A stretch of DNA of 64,000 nucleotides. Source: the human T2T-CHM13v2.0 reference genome, Homo sapiens. Position numbers and translations under genes: made by a program. Below, piece after piece: positions 44,540 through 58,160 of the stretch. The stretch lies in assembly GCF_009914755.1 (NCBI RefSeq), contig NC_060944.1. One strand, 5' to 3'. The notes under the pieces were generated by a model. It had not been told where the DNA came from, made no database searches, and saw only the letters and a program-made list of their open reading frames with translations. Position 1 is the first letter of the stretch; each line of letters opens with the position of its first letter.

Positions 44540-46500
44540 AATTTCTGTTTTATTCATACCCTGTTTTTATTAAGTAAATGTAAAAGAAGTTTATAAAATA
44601 CGTGTAAGAAAAATAAGTAAAATAGATAAAAGGCATAATGGCAATAATACAGCAAGCACTCCCGACCCATCAACCAGATGAAGAAAAGGAACAGCAGCAG
44701 CAGCTTGGAGGGATCCTGTGGACACCTCAGGCATCTCATTTCATTCTTCACATTCCAAAGTTTTCTCAATAGTTTTACTGCATATGAAAGTGTTTCTAAA
44801 ATATAGCATCTAGTTTTTGTATATTACTGAGTTTACATCATCTTTGCAGTCACTTGCTTTTCTCACAATATTATGTTCCTGAAATCTGTTCACAATTTCC
44901 ATGAAGCTGTCATTTATCCAATGACACAAATGAAAAATTTTGCTTTTTCCAGATATGCCGCAGTTTACTTTGCCATTTTCTTTTTGTAGGCATTTTGGTC
45001 CTTCTGGTTTGGGTGTGTGTGCACATGTGTGCACACTCAGCATCAAAATCAAAGCTGCTATGAGTGCTTTTGCACAAGTATAAAAGCTTGCATTTCTCTA
45101 TGGAATCTATGCAGAGAGTAGAAATCCTGGGCCCTGAGTTATTGGTCTTGTTTGCATTGCCAACATTCCTGGATAAAATCCAATTGTCTGCATGGAAGCT
45201 GTAGTAGTTGACAGGTTCCCAGCACTATATAATTGCTCCCATTTATTCACACTCTTGCTAACCGTCTATACTAACCAAAGTTTTTAACCTGTTTTAGCTG
45301 CATGAATGTGAATTAGTATTTCATTTGGTTTTATGATTTGCAGTTCCCCTTTTCCTAATCAGGTTGAACTTCTTTCATATGCTTATTAGCCATCCAAATT
45401 TTCTCTTCTATAAAGTTCCTCTTCAAATGTTCTTTTTATTCATCTGTTGGGTTGTTTTCTTTTTTTTTATTTTTGTGGACATTCTTGGCATAATTTAAAT
45501 ATCCAATATACTAACCCTTTGTCAGTTACATGCACTACAAGGATCTCTTCCTAGTCTGTCTAGTCTGTCTTTTTATTTTGATTTTTTTCACATTAGTTAT
45601 TAATTAAAATCTAATTAAATTAATTTATCTCTTTTCTTACAGTTTGTGTTTCTTATGAATTGTTTAAAAACTCCTTCCTATTGCAACGTTATAATGATCT
45701 CATATTATCTGCTGAAAGTATTCATTTTACATTTTCATATATAAGTGTGCATCACCATTTGTTGTTGTTATGGTGTGAAGTACAGTGTTAACCTCATGCT
45801 CTTTCTACATAGATGATGCTATGGTCTGAATGTGTCTCCCCAAATTTATATATTGACACTTAATTACCAATGCACTAGTAATAAGAGGTGGGGCCTTTGG
45901 GAAATGATTGAGTGATGGGGAGAGCCCTCTAATGGGACTAGTGATGTGATAAGATGGCTGGAGAGAAATAACTTGGCCCCTGTCCCTTCCCCCTCATGCC
46001 ATTTAAGGATATGCAGCAAAAAGATGCCATCTGTTATGCAGAGAGCAGCCCTTACCAGACACTGAATCTGCTCACACCTTGACTTTAGACTTCCCAGCCT
46101 CCAGAACCATGAGAAATACATTTCTTTTGTTTATAAATTACCCAGCCTAAAGCATTTCATTATAGCAGCAGGAATAGACTATGATGGATGCCCAATCACC
46201 TTTACATCATTGGTTGAAGTGCTTTCTCTCCACTAATCTGCAGTACAAGCTCTGCCTCAAGTCAGGGTTGCTTATATAATCATAGATATGTTTCTAGAAC
46301 CGCTATTCAGTTCTGGGATTTTTTAGGGGGAGTCTATCCCTACATTAATACAACATTATCTTAGTTACTTTAGCTTTAGACAATTTGTCTTATTTTCTGA
46401 TTTGGTCATTTTTCCTACAAGTGTGTGTATAGATATTTTTTAAGTAAATCTTCATGCTTTTTAAGTTCTGTGATAATTTTGAATGGAACTGCATTGACTG
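44540..46500 (-). mobile_element. Old L1M fragment, split by MLT1A
   Basis: 'ctttcatatgcttattagccat', 'tactaaccctttgtcagttaca', 'tgaatggaactgcattga'. Confidence 0.65.
45817..46186 (+). mobile_element. MLT1A-type solo LTR
   Basis: 'tgctatggtctgaatgtgtctcccc', 'gacttcccagcctccagaaccatgagaaat', 'aattacccag'; approximate TSD GATGA/GATGC. Confidence 0.88.
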
Positions 46501-47380
46501 TAGTTTCCTAGATAGCATCAGCATTTCTTCCCAATCTGTAAAATGAAGATTCTAGTGGAGGTATTTTTTTTTTTTTCCCAGGCATTGAAGAAAAAGGGAA
46601 CAGTGGGCCAAATACCTATGGGTGATTGGCCAGCAAGCTTAAGCCTTGCTTGTATAAACCTGGAGCCTCCATAGTGTCAGTGTGACCTTTGGGCAGAAAT
46701 GGAGAAATATATTAAGACAAAGCCAGCATTCAAAAGGGAGCCAATGTCAAGGAATGTGAGATAACAGTACATTCTAGCAATAATGTTCACTTGTTAAGTA
46801 GACGCTATTTGTTTAATAAACCATTAATATACAATAATATTACATTAAATCAAACTCAATTCAACATTTATTATGTATTTTGTTGAAAATATTTTCACAA
46901 GATACATCATATAAAAAATATTTTTTCAATAAATTATATAATACCGTAAAGTTTTTAATGTTTGAATGATATTGTGTCTGTGGTGGAGAGAATGTTGGAT
47001 TTTTATTTTCTGGCAGTAGAATTTATTTAATCTTTATAAAATGTAGTGTCTTCATTTGGAACATTGGGTTAATAATACTCAATTTTTGAAAGTTTGATAA
47101 AAATTAAATTATATAATATATGTCGGTGTCTTCAAATGTGAGCTTCAGTTTAAGTTATTGAGGCTTTTGTCCAAAGGCCCCCTCTGTGGAAGCTCAGTGT
47201 GTACATTTGTGAATGGTGGGTTCCTCTACGGTTACTCATGCCTCCATCCCCTCCCTCATCTGCTATGGAGTCTGTATCCTCCCAGTGTCTCTTGGAATTT
47301 GTTGTGTAAAAGAATCAAGGTAATGAATAAGTTAAGAGTACAATAGAGGAGAGGAAATTGCAGAAGTCTATGGGACTAAA

Positions 47381-47701
47381 TTTTCTTTTGTTTTGTTTGT
47401 TTGTTTTTTGAGACAGGGTCTTGCTCTGTCACCCAGACTGGAGTGCAGTGGCATGATCACAGCTCACTGCAGCCTTGACCTCCAGGGCTCAAGTGATCCT
47501 CTTTCCTAAGCCTTCCAAGTACCTGGGACTACAGGTGCATGCCACCATATCCAGCTAATTTTTGTGTTGTTTGTAGAGACGGGATTTTGCTATGTTGTCC
47601 AGGCTGGTCTCTAACTTCTGGGTGGTCTCTAACTCAAGTGGTCCTTCCGCCTTGGCCTCCCAAAGTGCTGGGATTACAGGTGTGAGCCACCACAGCTGAC
47701 C
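47381..47701 (-). mobile_element. AluJ-type SINE
   Basis: 'gagacagggtcttgctctgtcacccag' and 'gctcaagtgatcctc'. Confidence 0.93.
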
Positions 47702-48060
47702 AATAGAACTAAGTATTTTAATAGGAAAAGTAAAATTGCTAGTTAAAAATGAAAGGATATATCAAGAAAGTAAATGAAGCAGAGAAAAACAGATAAGAAT
47801 CTACTCTGTATTCAAGAGAGAAACTTTTTTATTATTCAGACAAGAAAACGGGCTCTGGTGCAACTGCTGCCAATTGTGAGCAGAATTAAAAATAGGTTTT
47901 AAATAATCTATATATTTATATATAAAACACCCTTAGGGCATTGTTTGAGAAAATGAAGTAAAGATTTAAAATGTCTTCTCTTTGGATTGTGTTTCTTTGG
48001 TTGCTATTCTTTGCCAGAACTGGACCTCAGGGTGGCTGACTGTTGCTATTTTTCAGGTTA

Positions 48061-48190
48061 TACAAGGGTCTTTTGGTATCCATCATAGGCGGCTGGTTCC
48101 AGGACCCCCATGGATACTAAAGTCTGAGGATGCTCAAGTCCTAAAGTCTACCCTGCGGAGCCAGTGGATACAGAAGGTGAATTCCATGTG
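48061..48190. mobile_element. MER2/Tigger-type fragment
   Basis: 'ggttccaggacccccatggatactaaagtctgaggatgctcaagtcc'. Confidence 0.7.
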
Positions 48191-49569
48191 AGACTCACGA
48201 AGGCAGTTGCTCTTATTCAATAGTGCTTGAGGATTTGAGGGCAGGTCTTCTCAGGAGTTGCTGGAAACATTAAGGCACAAAGCAGGCACAGTTAAAACCT
48301 GCGGTCTACTTGAAAACACCGTAAACTTGAAAGTGACATGCACATGAAGTATGATCAATCATGAAAATTGGCTGTTGCATGCAAAGCGCTCTTATTAAAG
48401 CGTGCTCTACATCTCTTCGAATGCTTGTTAAAATGCAGTTTCCTGGACCTGAATCAACTCTACCAGGCTTGCTTTTTCAGCAGGTTCCTTGGATCATTCT
48501 TATGTGTCCCCAGATTTTAGAACCACAGTGTCAGTGGAACAGGGAATTTGGAAGCCGACAGAAAGGCTTGCGCAGGTCTATACCCCATCACAAACAGTAA
48601 GTTTTGTGGCTTGCATATCTTGAAATAATACATGTGAACTTCACTTAGCTCAAGTGAAAACCATTTTTCCCCTGTCCTCAATATTCCTGAAAAAGCAAAG
48701 AGTTATTGCCGGGATCTGCAAGTCCATTTGTGCCTGGAGTTTGAATCAATACTTTGGTTTGCACATATGCGTACTATAATTTGTCAAATGTAAGAGGATT
48801 TTGTTGCTATTTGTAAAATTAAAAAATTAAAATTATTGTATTTAAAGAAGTAGAACCACAAATTATAATTATGTGAGGATTGACAAAAAATTTTAAAAGG
48901 ATTTCTGAGGTCTTTTTTTTCCTCCTAATTAGGGAGCCACCCAGTGTCCCTGGTAAGTGTAAGCTATCAGCCAGGGCAGAATTCCAAAAGAGACACAGCC
49001 CCAGATATTGCCCTTTAATGACTGAACAGGCAAATTAAGTGGAGCTGACTGATCCATGGATCTGTGTGGAACTGCCTGGCCACGTGTTCTTGGCAGAGGG
49101 GTTACTCGGTGGCTACTTCATTGCTTCCAGTCTCTTCCCTATGCCATTCCAGAGGTGCAGTGACACACACACTGCAGAAATTTTTGTGACCCATTTATTC
49201 ATTTAGGAGACTCGAATGACACCATTAACAAAAATTAGGGGTACAAGCAACATGCAGCAACCATTCAGTTTGGTCTATTCCTTGATTTGGAGAAATCTGG
49301 AGATGAACTTTTGGAATTTTCTAGTACTTTAAAACTTTGGCCAAGCATTAAATGGAGTTTAAAAGTCAATCTCTTCAGTAGTAGAGTGAAATCACATGAA
49401 TAGATTTATACTTGATTTTTAAAATGTCAGTCTACAAAAAGCCAAAAAACAGAGGGAAAAAAACAAGGTTGCAGCAGGTGAAAGAGTTTCCTGCAGTCCA
49501 TATCAGATGTGAGAAAGAAGCTGTCTGCCTCTTCAATGTGTTAAAATTTGGTTAGAGATCCTCCCACGC

Positions 49570-49906
49570 TGTATTAGCCTGTTCTCATGCTGCTAATAAA
49601 GACATACCCAAGACTGGGTAATTTATAAAGGAATGAGATTTCATTGACTCACAGTTCCACATGGCTGGGGAGGCCTCACAATCATAGTGGAAGGTGAATG
49701 AGGAGCAAAGTCACGCCTTACATAGTGCAGGAGAACTCCCTTTTATAAAACTGTCGGATCTCGTGAGACGTATTCATTACCATGAGAACAGTATGGGGGA
49801 AACCGCCCCTATGACTCAATTATTTCCACCTGGCCCCATCCTTGAAACATGGGGATTATTACAATTCAAGGTGAGCTTTGGGTGGGGACACAGCCAAATC
49901 ATGTCA
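49570..49906 (-). mobile_element. THE1 (THE1B-like) solo LTR
   Basis: 'tgtattagcctgttctcatgctgctaataaagacataccc' to 'ggggacacagccaaatcatgtca'. Confidence 0.93.
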
Positions 49907-50045
49907 CATACCTACAACTGAAACTATTAGAGGTTAAAAGTTTTAAAATTACATAAAACTTCAGTGAGAATGGGAAGGGATTTTATAAAACTGTTTGTTG
50001 TTCTTCCCTTCCTCCCCATATATTCTCTAGCGCACACACTCATAT

Positions 50046-50058
50046 CCCCCCCCCCCCC

Positions 50059-50089
<31 letters not shown>

Positions 50090-50098
50090 CACAGACAC
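50046..50098. repeat. Poly-C run fused to (CA)n microsatellite
   Basis: Read directly. Confidence 0.9.
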
Positions 50099-50503
50099 AT
50101 GTTGCCACCCATGAAGTAAGAGTCAGGATTTTTTTTTCTTTGAATATTTCTTTTCCTCCAGGAAATGGTAGAGGCAAAACATCTCTAAAAGAGTTAAGGA
50201 TTTTTAAGACTTAAAGGTGTAAAGGATAGTAGTTAGTTCTGATTTTCTTTTTCCTCTTTTTTTACTCATGCGCCTAAATGTTTTCCTAAACTTGGAGCCA
50301 GAAAATGAGGAAAAGGGAAACATTCTCATGAAAACAAATCCAACCTCCGCTCAAAATATATGTATGAAAGTTTTCCTCAAACCGATTTTTCTTTTTAGAT
50401 TCCAAAAAGCTCATTGAGTTGGCTTTTTGAGCAATCAGCGTTTTCCAGTAGCAAGCAAATTTCCTTCCCAGTGGGAAATTTGCTGATAAAACGACTGGAA
50501 CCA

Positions 50504-50521
50504 GTGCGCCACCTGATGGTC
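50504..50521 (-). promoter_or_regulatory. Candidate CTCF site
   Basis: Reverse complement GACCATCAGGTGGCGCAC closely fits the CTCF core CCASYAGRKGGCRS, CpG retained. Confidence 0.6.
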
Positions 50522-50929
50522 TTTCCACACATTTCAGTTTACTAGAAAAAGGCAAAAAAAAAAACCACCATGGAAATTCCCTTTAGCAAATGTACTGTAT
50601 TCTAACTTGAGTCAGGGCAGAGTCTCATAGATTAACAGTTGCTGCTTAAACTAAATATTCACTCACTTTATATAAAACAAAAACTATTTTATCCATGACC
50701 TTCAATCTGAATCCTTTATTAGACTAATTTGTTAGGAAATACTAAGTTGATCTAGTTTGCTGATAATTTTCATTTTCATTTTTCAGTTACAGGCAAATAT
50801 TTTAAAAGTACATATTAGAGGCCAAAGGACGTTATCCAACATCATTCCCAACCCCCAAAGTAAAATAAGCCCTCAGGTAATCTAGAATCAGCCTTCCAAA
50901 TGTGGGAGTTGCCCAAGGTCATTTCATTC

Positions 50930-51380
50930 AATGTGAATCAAAAATTAATTGAGCTCAAAGTTAACACCATCAACAGACATCATGAGGATCCTAGAAAGAT
51001 GCACTGAGAAGGGCCCAACATCACTTCTGTGGGTTTCGTGCCAAAAATGAAAGACACTGGAGAAATCCAGGGAGTAACAACCTAGAAAATAACTGGCCTC
51101 TGCTCTTCAAAGACATCAAGGTGAAGAAACACAAAGAGATCCTGAGGAAATGTTCCAAAACAAAAAAGCCTAAAGAGACATTAACCCAAGTATGATTGGA
51201 TCCTGGACTGGGGTAAATAGGAAAAAGGACATTGTTTGGACAAGTGATGATATTTGAAAATGGACTTGGGACTAAACAATAGCATTCTATCCATGCTAAA
51301 TTTTCTTATTTTCATAATAATATGATGGCATGTAAGAAAATGTCTTTGGTCATTGGAAATATATGCCTTAAGAAAATCTG
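50930..51380 (+). mobile_element. L1MC-type 3'UTR fragment
   Basis: 'gatgcactgagaagggcccaacatcacttctgtgg', 'aataactggcctctgctcttcaaa', 'ggatcctggactgg'. Confidence 0.7.
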
Positions 51381-54300
51381 CAAGAGTTGAATCAACATAT
51401 GGATACAGAGCATTGAGGTCACTTTGCTTGTAGGTGGCACAAAAAGAAAATAGGTACAGGTGGGAAGTCCCAAGTATCATGTTTTCTGCTCCCTGTCCTT
51501 GTCTAGGGCTGTCTGGCTAGGGGCTGGGATTCTTGGTAAGATCTGTCTTAGAGTTAGATCTTGGTAGATGAGATCTATCTTATAGATATGGAAGATCAGC
51601 TTCTATATCTCCCGTATCTATAAGAGGAAATGGATATTCTCCCACCTGCTGTCTTTAGCCTCCCTTCCTAGGATGCTCTGAGGATCAAAGTAGACAATAG
51701 TCTAAAGGTTAAGAATGTGTTAAACCCCTGTATGGTAGAAAGCAGGGAGAGAGGGAGACAGGGTACCCTCTACTGATGAAGGTTCCAGTAGCTGGGAGAG
51801 AGAAACTATCTGTATGTTTCAGGAAGTAAAGTCAGATATAAAAATGCAACCAGTAATTAGGGATTTGTATCATGTATGCCAACTATAATTCTCAGTTTCA
51901 CCATATTTCTCTCAACATTATCTCATCAGATTTGTACAATGACTTTGCATATGATGTGGAGGAAGTACTATAAGCTACATTTTATTGATGATGACAATAG
52001 AGCTCACATATAAATAACAGCACCTCTATTTTGTTTTGTAGATATTAGTCCTGGACAGAGCTGGTGTAAGTTAATAGGCCAACTGTCTCATGGACATTCA
52101 CAGCTCCTTGGTTTGATCCAAGATGATCCCTTAGTAGAGGCATCATAGTTTTGCAGAAAGAGCTGTATCTTTGAAATATTCCAGGCCTGGATTGGCATGT
52201 CATGTGTACCACTTCCTGAGCATACAGACTTCAGCTGGGGTTGCTCTACCTCTCTGAATCTCAGTTTCCCCAAGATCTTGTGCTTTTAACTACACTGCAT
52301 GTCCATAAATGTTACAAGCATTGTTTTGCATGTGTATTCATTATAATTTGTTGTAACTTTATTGAAGTATAATACAAATATGGAAAAGGGCCATGTCCAC
52401 AGTGTACAGCTCTGTGCACTTCCACAAAGAACAAACTTGCGACACCATCACCCAAATCATGGAAGCAAATGCCACCCAGAAGCCCTTTCTCTGGTAGTAT
52501 TGTCTGGTAGTATTGACACCATAAGTGGGATGTTACTGTACACATCATTTTGCAATTTGCTGTTTTCAATCAAAGTCATGTTTTTGAGCTCTAAACTGCT
52601 GTATTGAATGTAGTTCAAATTGAGAAAAATCATTTATCTGGAGCATTTTCAACAGCTTATCACTTAATAAAATAAGATAATGCATAGAGCGGAGAAGGCA
52701 GGAGAGAGAAAAAAAGGAGGGGGAGGCAGAGAGGGAGAGAGACAGGGAGTGAGAGAATGAATATGCTGAGCCATTTCCCCCACTGCCAAGCACAGTAAGT
52801 CCTTCTGACCAAACTAGGGGCAGCCTTGTCTGTGGCTGCCTGCATCTGCATCTTCACACATTATGCATGTGAAGGATAATGTTCTGGAATGTCCACTCAC
52901 ATGGGTGTTCTCTGGCAGGTCATTTTTAATCCCTGTGACCTCCTAGGGGAAACATCCTTCCCCCGTTTCTTCATTGTAACTCATTTTCAGATCCCAGTGG
53001 ATCTTTGCCAAGCATTTTATTATATTTATTTTTCTTCCTTGATAACCTTGGCCTTTGCTGATTTCATAGCCAAAGTGGTAGAGATGAAAATCCTGTCGGT
53101 GGTCCTGGCTGAGGACACTGGAGGGCAGTGGGGATCACTCGATTGTACCTGTGGTGGAGAGGTGATCCCCAGTCTACTTTACAGAAGATCTAAGGAGCCT
53201 CCTTAGGAAATGCCATCTAAAGCCCCATCTCACCAAGCAGCTCTTGACCACAACTTGAAGTTACAGTCATTGAAAGCTCAGCCAAGATGGCTCCCAGCTC
53301 CATTCATGCTTCCTTCTGTAGCTGGAGGTCCTGGGTGGAGTGGGGGCCACAGTTAGAACCCACAGGAAGTGTTTGAGCTGGTGGTCACCATGACAGGTGC
53401 AGACATCTGCCTGCCTGTTCCCAGGGCTCATCCTCCTCCCTGCAAGGCATGGCACGAACAGCAGGGAGACTGAGGGGCCTCTGGGGCCGGAACACCTGAG
53501 TTCCAAATCCTGCAGCCACCTGAGAGCTGTGTGACCACAGAAATGGTGCTGAGCCATCCAAGAAGCAACTTGTTCCCATTTTGCATGAGAATTCAATGAA
53601 ATCGAGAGTATAAACCACGGATCACAAAGCCCAGCCATGGTAGACAGAGATGTCATTTCCTTTTCTTTGTTCCTTCCTTTCCGTTTTTAACTCTTCTACC
53701 TGCTCTTTCCTCTTTCTCTTTTCCTCCCTCCCTCTCTTCCTTACTTTTTTTCTTCTTTCTTCCCTTGTTCCCTTTCCTAAAACAAAGTACCACATTGCTA
53801 AATCTAGGTGCTAGATTCATGGATATGTGCTACATGTATTATCTGTGTATTTCTAAGTGTTTAGAATATTTCATAATTTAAAAGTAAAACATTTAAACAA
53901 TACCCCTCCAAAAAAAGTCTAAAGGCCCACAGTAGACAATTTGAAGTAGAATTTGAAGGTAGAGCTATCTGCAATATTTCCAAGCTCTCAGATGATTGCA
54001 TTATGCAGCACAAGTTGAGAATCACTGGGCAGTCCCTCTATTCCAATTGCTAACTTTTGGGGAGAGTGATTCTGTTTTCTCCAAATGGGATGAGTGACCC
54101 CTGCCTGGCTCAGCTTGTCCCCGTCAACATGGGCATGCCCTGGAGGCATTGCTGGGGCAGACATTTGAAGACTTTGGAAATAGCAGAGGGAAAAGATGTC
54201 CACCAGGCCTGACCATTTGTTAGGGTCAGAGAAAAGTGGTTAATTCACCCTGCAGAACACTAACCAAATACGAGCGCGATTTATGCCCCCACCTAAAGCC

Positions 54301-54661
54301 CATATGGAAGCATGGGAACCCCAGGCCTGGGAGAGACCTCTGCAAAGCTCCATCCTGAGTTTCCCTCAAGAGAATCAACCTTAAGAGATCAGAGTTTCAG
54401 AGATGAAGTCTCCTTCATTCTGTGCCAGAGTTAACCTAAATTCCTTCCACTCCCCAGACCCCATCATGGGCCTTGACCATGTACCAGAGGCCTGTGCTGA
54501 AGATAAAACCTGATTGCATTTCTGCCTCCTAGAGTCTGAAGAAACGGGAGGCATGGGGAAGTGACTCAGATGAAAGAGGCTGCATATTATTTTCTGTACA
54601 GTGGATTCCAAAGAAAAACAAATAACAGAATCCTATGTAATCAAGAAAAATATTACAGCTA

Positions 54662-55112
<451 letters not shown>

Positions 55113-55303
55113 AAAAGTGTTGATGTAAAGTGTTGATGTAAACTTGGACTATGTTCAGGAATTAGAGGTGTGCAAATGACATGGGATTGGGAGTTATAAA
55201 GCACAATCTAAGTCGGGGGCGGGGAGTAATGACTGGAATGTACTAGTTGTCTTGATTTAAGCTAGCAAATGGTTTTAGAACATTGTTAACAAAAGAAAGG
55301 ATC

Positions 55304-55601
55304 TTTTTTCATTTTTGTTTTTGTTTTTGAGACAGAGTCTTGCTCTGTTGCCCAGGCTGGAGTGCAGGGGCATGCCAGGGCTCCCTGCAGCCTCCACCTC
55401 CCAGGCTCAAGTGATCTTCCCATCTCAGCCCCCCAGTAGCTGGGATTGCAGGCACGCACCACCACATCCAGCCAATTTTGTATTTTTTGTAGAGATGAGT
55501 TGTCACCATGTTTCCCAGGCTGGTCTCGAACTCCTGGGCTCAGGCTATCCTCCTGCCTCCCAAAGTGCTGGGATTACAGGCATGAGCTGCTGCTCCCAGC
55601 C
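55304..55601 (-). mobile_element. AluJ-type SINE
   Basis: 'ggctcaagtgatcttccc' and 'gaactcctgggctcagg'. Confidence 0.93.
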
Positions 55602-56589
55602 ATCACAAGTATCAGTTAAATAGAGGAAATATTCATAATGGTTTCTTGTTTTTAGTCAAGATTTTCTTTGATTCAGATATTATAGAATCAATTTTTGTGC
55701 TTTTGCACGATATTGGTGAGAGCAGTGACCACGTTCAAGTGTTGTAAAAAGAAAAGATGTGTGTGTGCCTGTGTGTGCTTTTGTAAAAATGGCTTTGAGG
55801 AGAGGGGCACATTCTGCCAAATATCCTTCCTTTCTTTTTAACAAAAGAGGATAAGTCATAATCTTTTGCTTCCAAGGTTATCAATTTCCAGGTAATGTTC
55901 CCAGTATTGGTCATGTTACTCTCGGCTGGAAGGCACTGGGGGACATCAGGTGTGTTCCAACTGAAGATGGGTGACTCCAGTAGCTCCTGGGTGGTCTTCT
56001 CTGTAGGTTAAAGCTCTTCCTCCAGATGGAGCTGAACACTGCCAGTCATCGCTCTCTAAGTCAAGTCCTCCAGTGCGGAGAGCTGGAGCATTTGAGCATT
56101 CCTTTTCTTCTCCATGCCAAGATCTGAGTTTCCTGTGTTCCTGTTCTCACACCATTCTTCTCTGTTTTTCCACCTATTTCAACAAAACTTAAATCTGTCA
56201 ACACTTGGCCATGCCCTCTGCCAGTGTGCGGTATTTGGGTTTTAAATGTAGAGGGGATGTTCAACTAAAAAATCAATAAATAAATTCCCTACTGCCTCTC
56301 CAACTGGATTTGTGTAATTGTGTCAGACAAAATCAAGTGTGTAGATGAGTGCACATTGTTTGTGTTGAAAGACGGTTTCCACACACACTGAAAATAAAGT
56401 TTGAACTCTTTATGGTCTGAAAAATGAGAAATTAGAGGAGCCCACTGTTTGAGGAATTAGCACCTCATACTTTACTGCAAGAAGCTAAAATCAGGAGGAT
56501 TTTGGTGTGTGAAGAGGTCTTCCTTTGAAAGTGGTGGAGCTTTGTCCCAGCTCTGTCCACTTAGACGGGCTTGAGGAAAGGAATCCCAA

Positions 56590-57360
56590 ATAATAATAAC
56601 TACACTAGCTTATAGATCTCAGTTACTAAATTCCATTCTCCTTTAAAAGGAATCAGAGATCTTTAGAGAAGTGGTTGGGGAAGGAGAGATCAAAATGAGC
56701 CTGGAACTTCACTTTGAGCCATAAAGTAAAGAAGTAAGGAAAGATTGATGGGGCAGGCAGTATGAGTCTACTCAGGCTGCCATAACAAAATAACACGGGC
56801 TTGGTGGCTTAAACAACAGACATTTATTTCTCACAGTTCTGATGGTTGGAAGTCTCGATGTGCAGGCAGCATTGGTTTCTGGTGAGGGCTCTCTCACTGG
56901 ATTTGCACAATTTTATTAGGCCCAGAATTGGGATGGGCCTAAACAAGTAAATGTGTTCTCGGGGTGTACAGTAGACCACTCATGAAGTGGTCTACTGAGG
57001 ATGTGTGCTTTTTACTCTTCATGAATTTTACCTCAAAGAAGAAAAAGAAGAATGAAGAGAAAGAGGAAAAGGAGGAGGGAGAGCAGGAGGAGAACAAAAG
57101 AGGAGGAGAGAAAGGAAAAGTGTAAACAAATGAGCTCTGGTTAATGATATGATTGCTGAAGTGTTTAGGAGTGAAGGGCATTAACATCTACAACTTAACT
57201 TTAAGTGCATCCAAAAAATAAGATGGACTAATGGATAAACAGAGGGATGGATGTGTGCTAAAGCAAGTAAGTATATTCAAATGTTAATATGGCATAGGTG
57301 GTGGGTAGACCTGTGCTCACTGCAATATTTTTTAAATGTTTTAAATTTCCATCTTGAGAA
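56590..57360 (+). mobile_element. L1MC/MD-type fragments with an embedded MLT1 piece (~56760-56900) and GA-rich tract
   Basis: 'ctcctttaaaaggaatcagag', 'gctgaagtgtttaggagtgaag'; MLT1 'ggctgccataacaaaataac...cttaaacaacagacatttatttctcacagttct'. Confidence 0.6.
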
Positions 57361-57979
57361 AATAGAGGTGTTCTACTAAGATAAAATACCAAAAGTTCAT
57401 AAATCTGGGCTGTTACAGCATCAAGCAACATATGGCATTTGTCCAAAAGCAATCTCAGTCCATAGAGTTCTTCTTCTCCTTCCCTAACATAAAATCTTTC
57501 TTGCTCTGTTTAGTTGCATAATCAAATTCTAAAGTCAAACCCAGATATTTTATGGTATTTTGACCTCCAGTTAGAATCACACAAAGCCTTGTATCTTTCT
57601 CCAATAAACTTTATTTTTAATGATGTTATACTATTAATAACACTCCATTAAAATATACTTAACACTGGGCAGGGCAGTGTCTGCTTTCTTCCCTGCTCTT
57701 GCCCTGATGCCAGAACAGAGCCTGGAGCCCAGTCGGTGGTAAGAATTCTTTGGAACTAAAAAATTAAATGAAAGCATGAAAAATGGGATTTCTGACAAGA
57801 CTGGATGGCATCTGCTAACAAGCGTACAGCAACAATCACAATTTCTGTCTAGTTGAGTGTCAAGACTAATGAGGATTAGAACTAAGAGTGGAGTCTCCAA
57901 AAATTTATTATTAAATCATTCAAAAATATGTATCAGCTTACATCCTACTTTGCACAAGACATGCCATCAGGCATGTCTG

Positions 57980-58160
57980 GATTTGAGCTCACAGCCGCTC
58001 ACTGTGTCATCTGGAATAAGTTGACTAACCTCTCTATGCAGCAGTTTCCTCATCTGCATAAAGGAAACAGCAAGAATTGTCCCAAGGTGTTGTTCTGAAG
58101 ATCCATTAATTATTTCTGTGAATAACTTGGCAGAACCAGGCACAGAGTAAGAGTTCAAAA
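57980..58160 (+). mobile_element. MIR SINE
   Basis: 'gactaacctctctatgcagcagtttcctcatctgcataa'. Confidence 0.65.
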
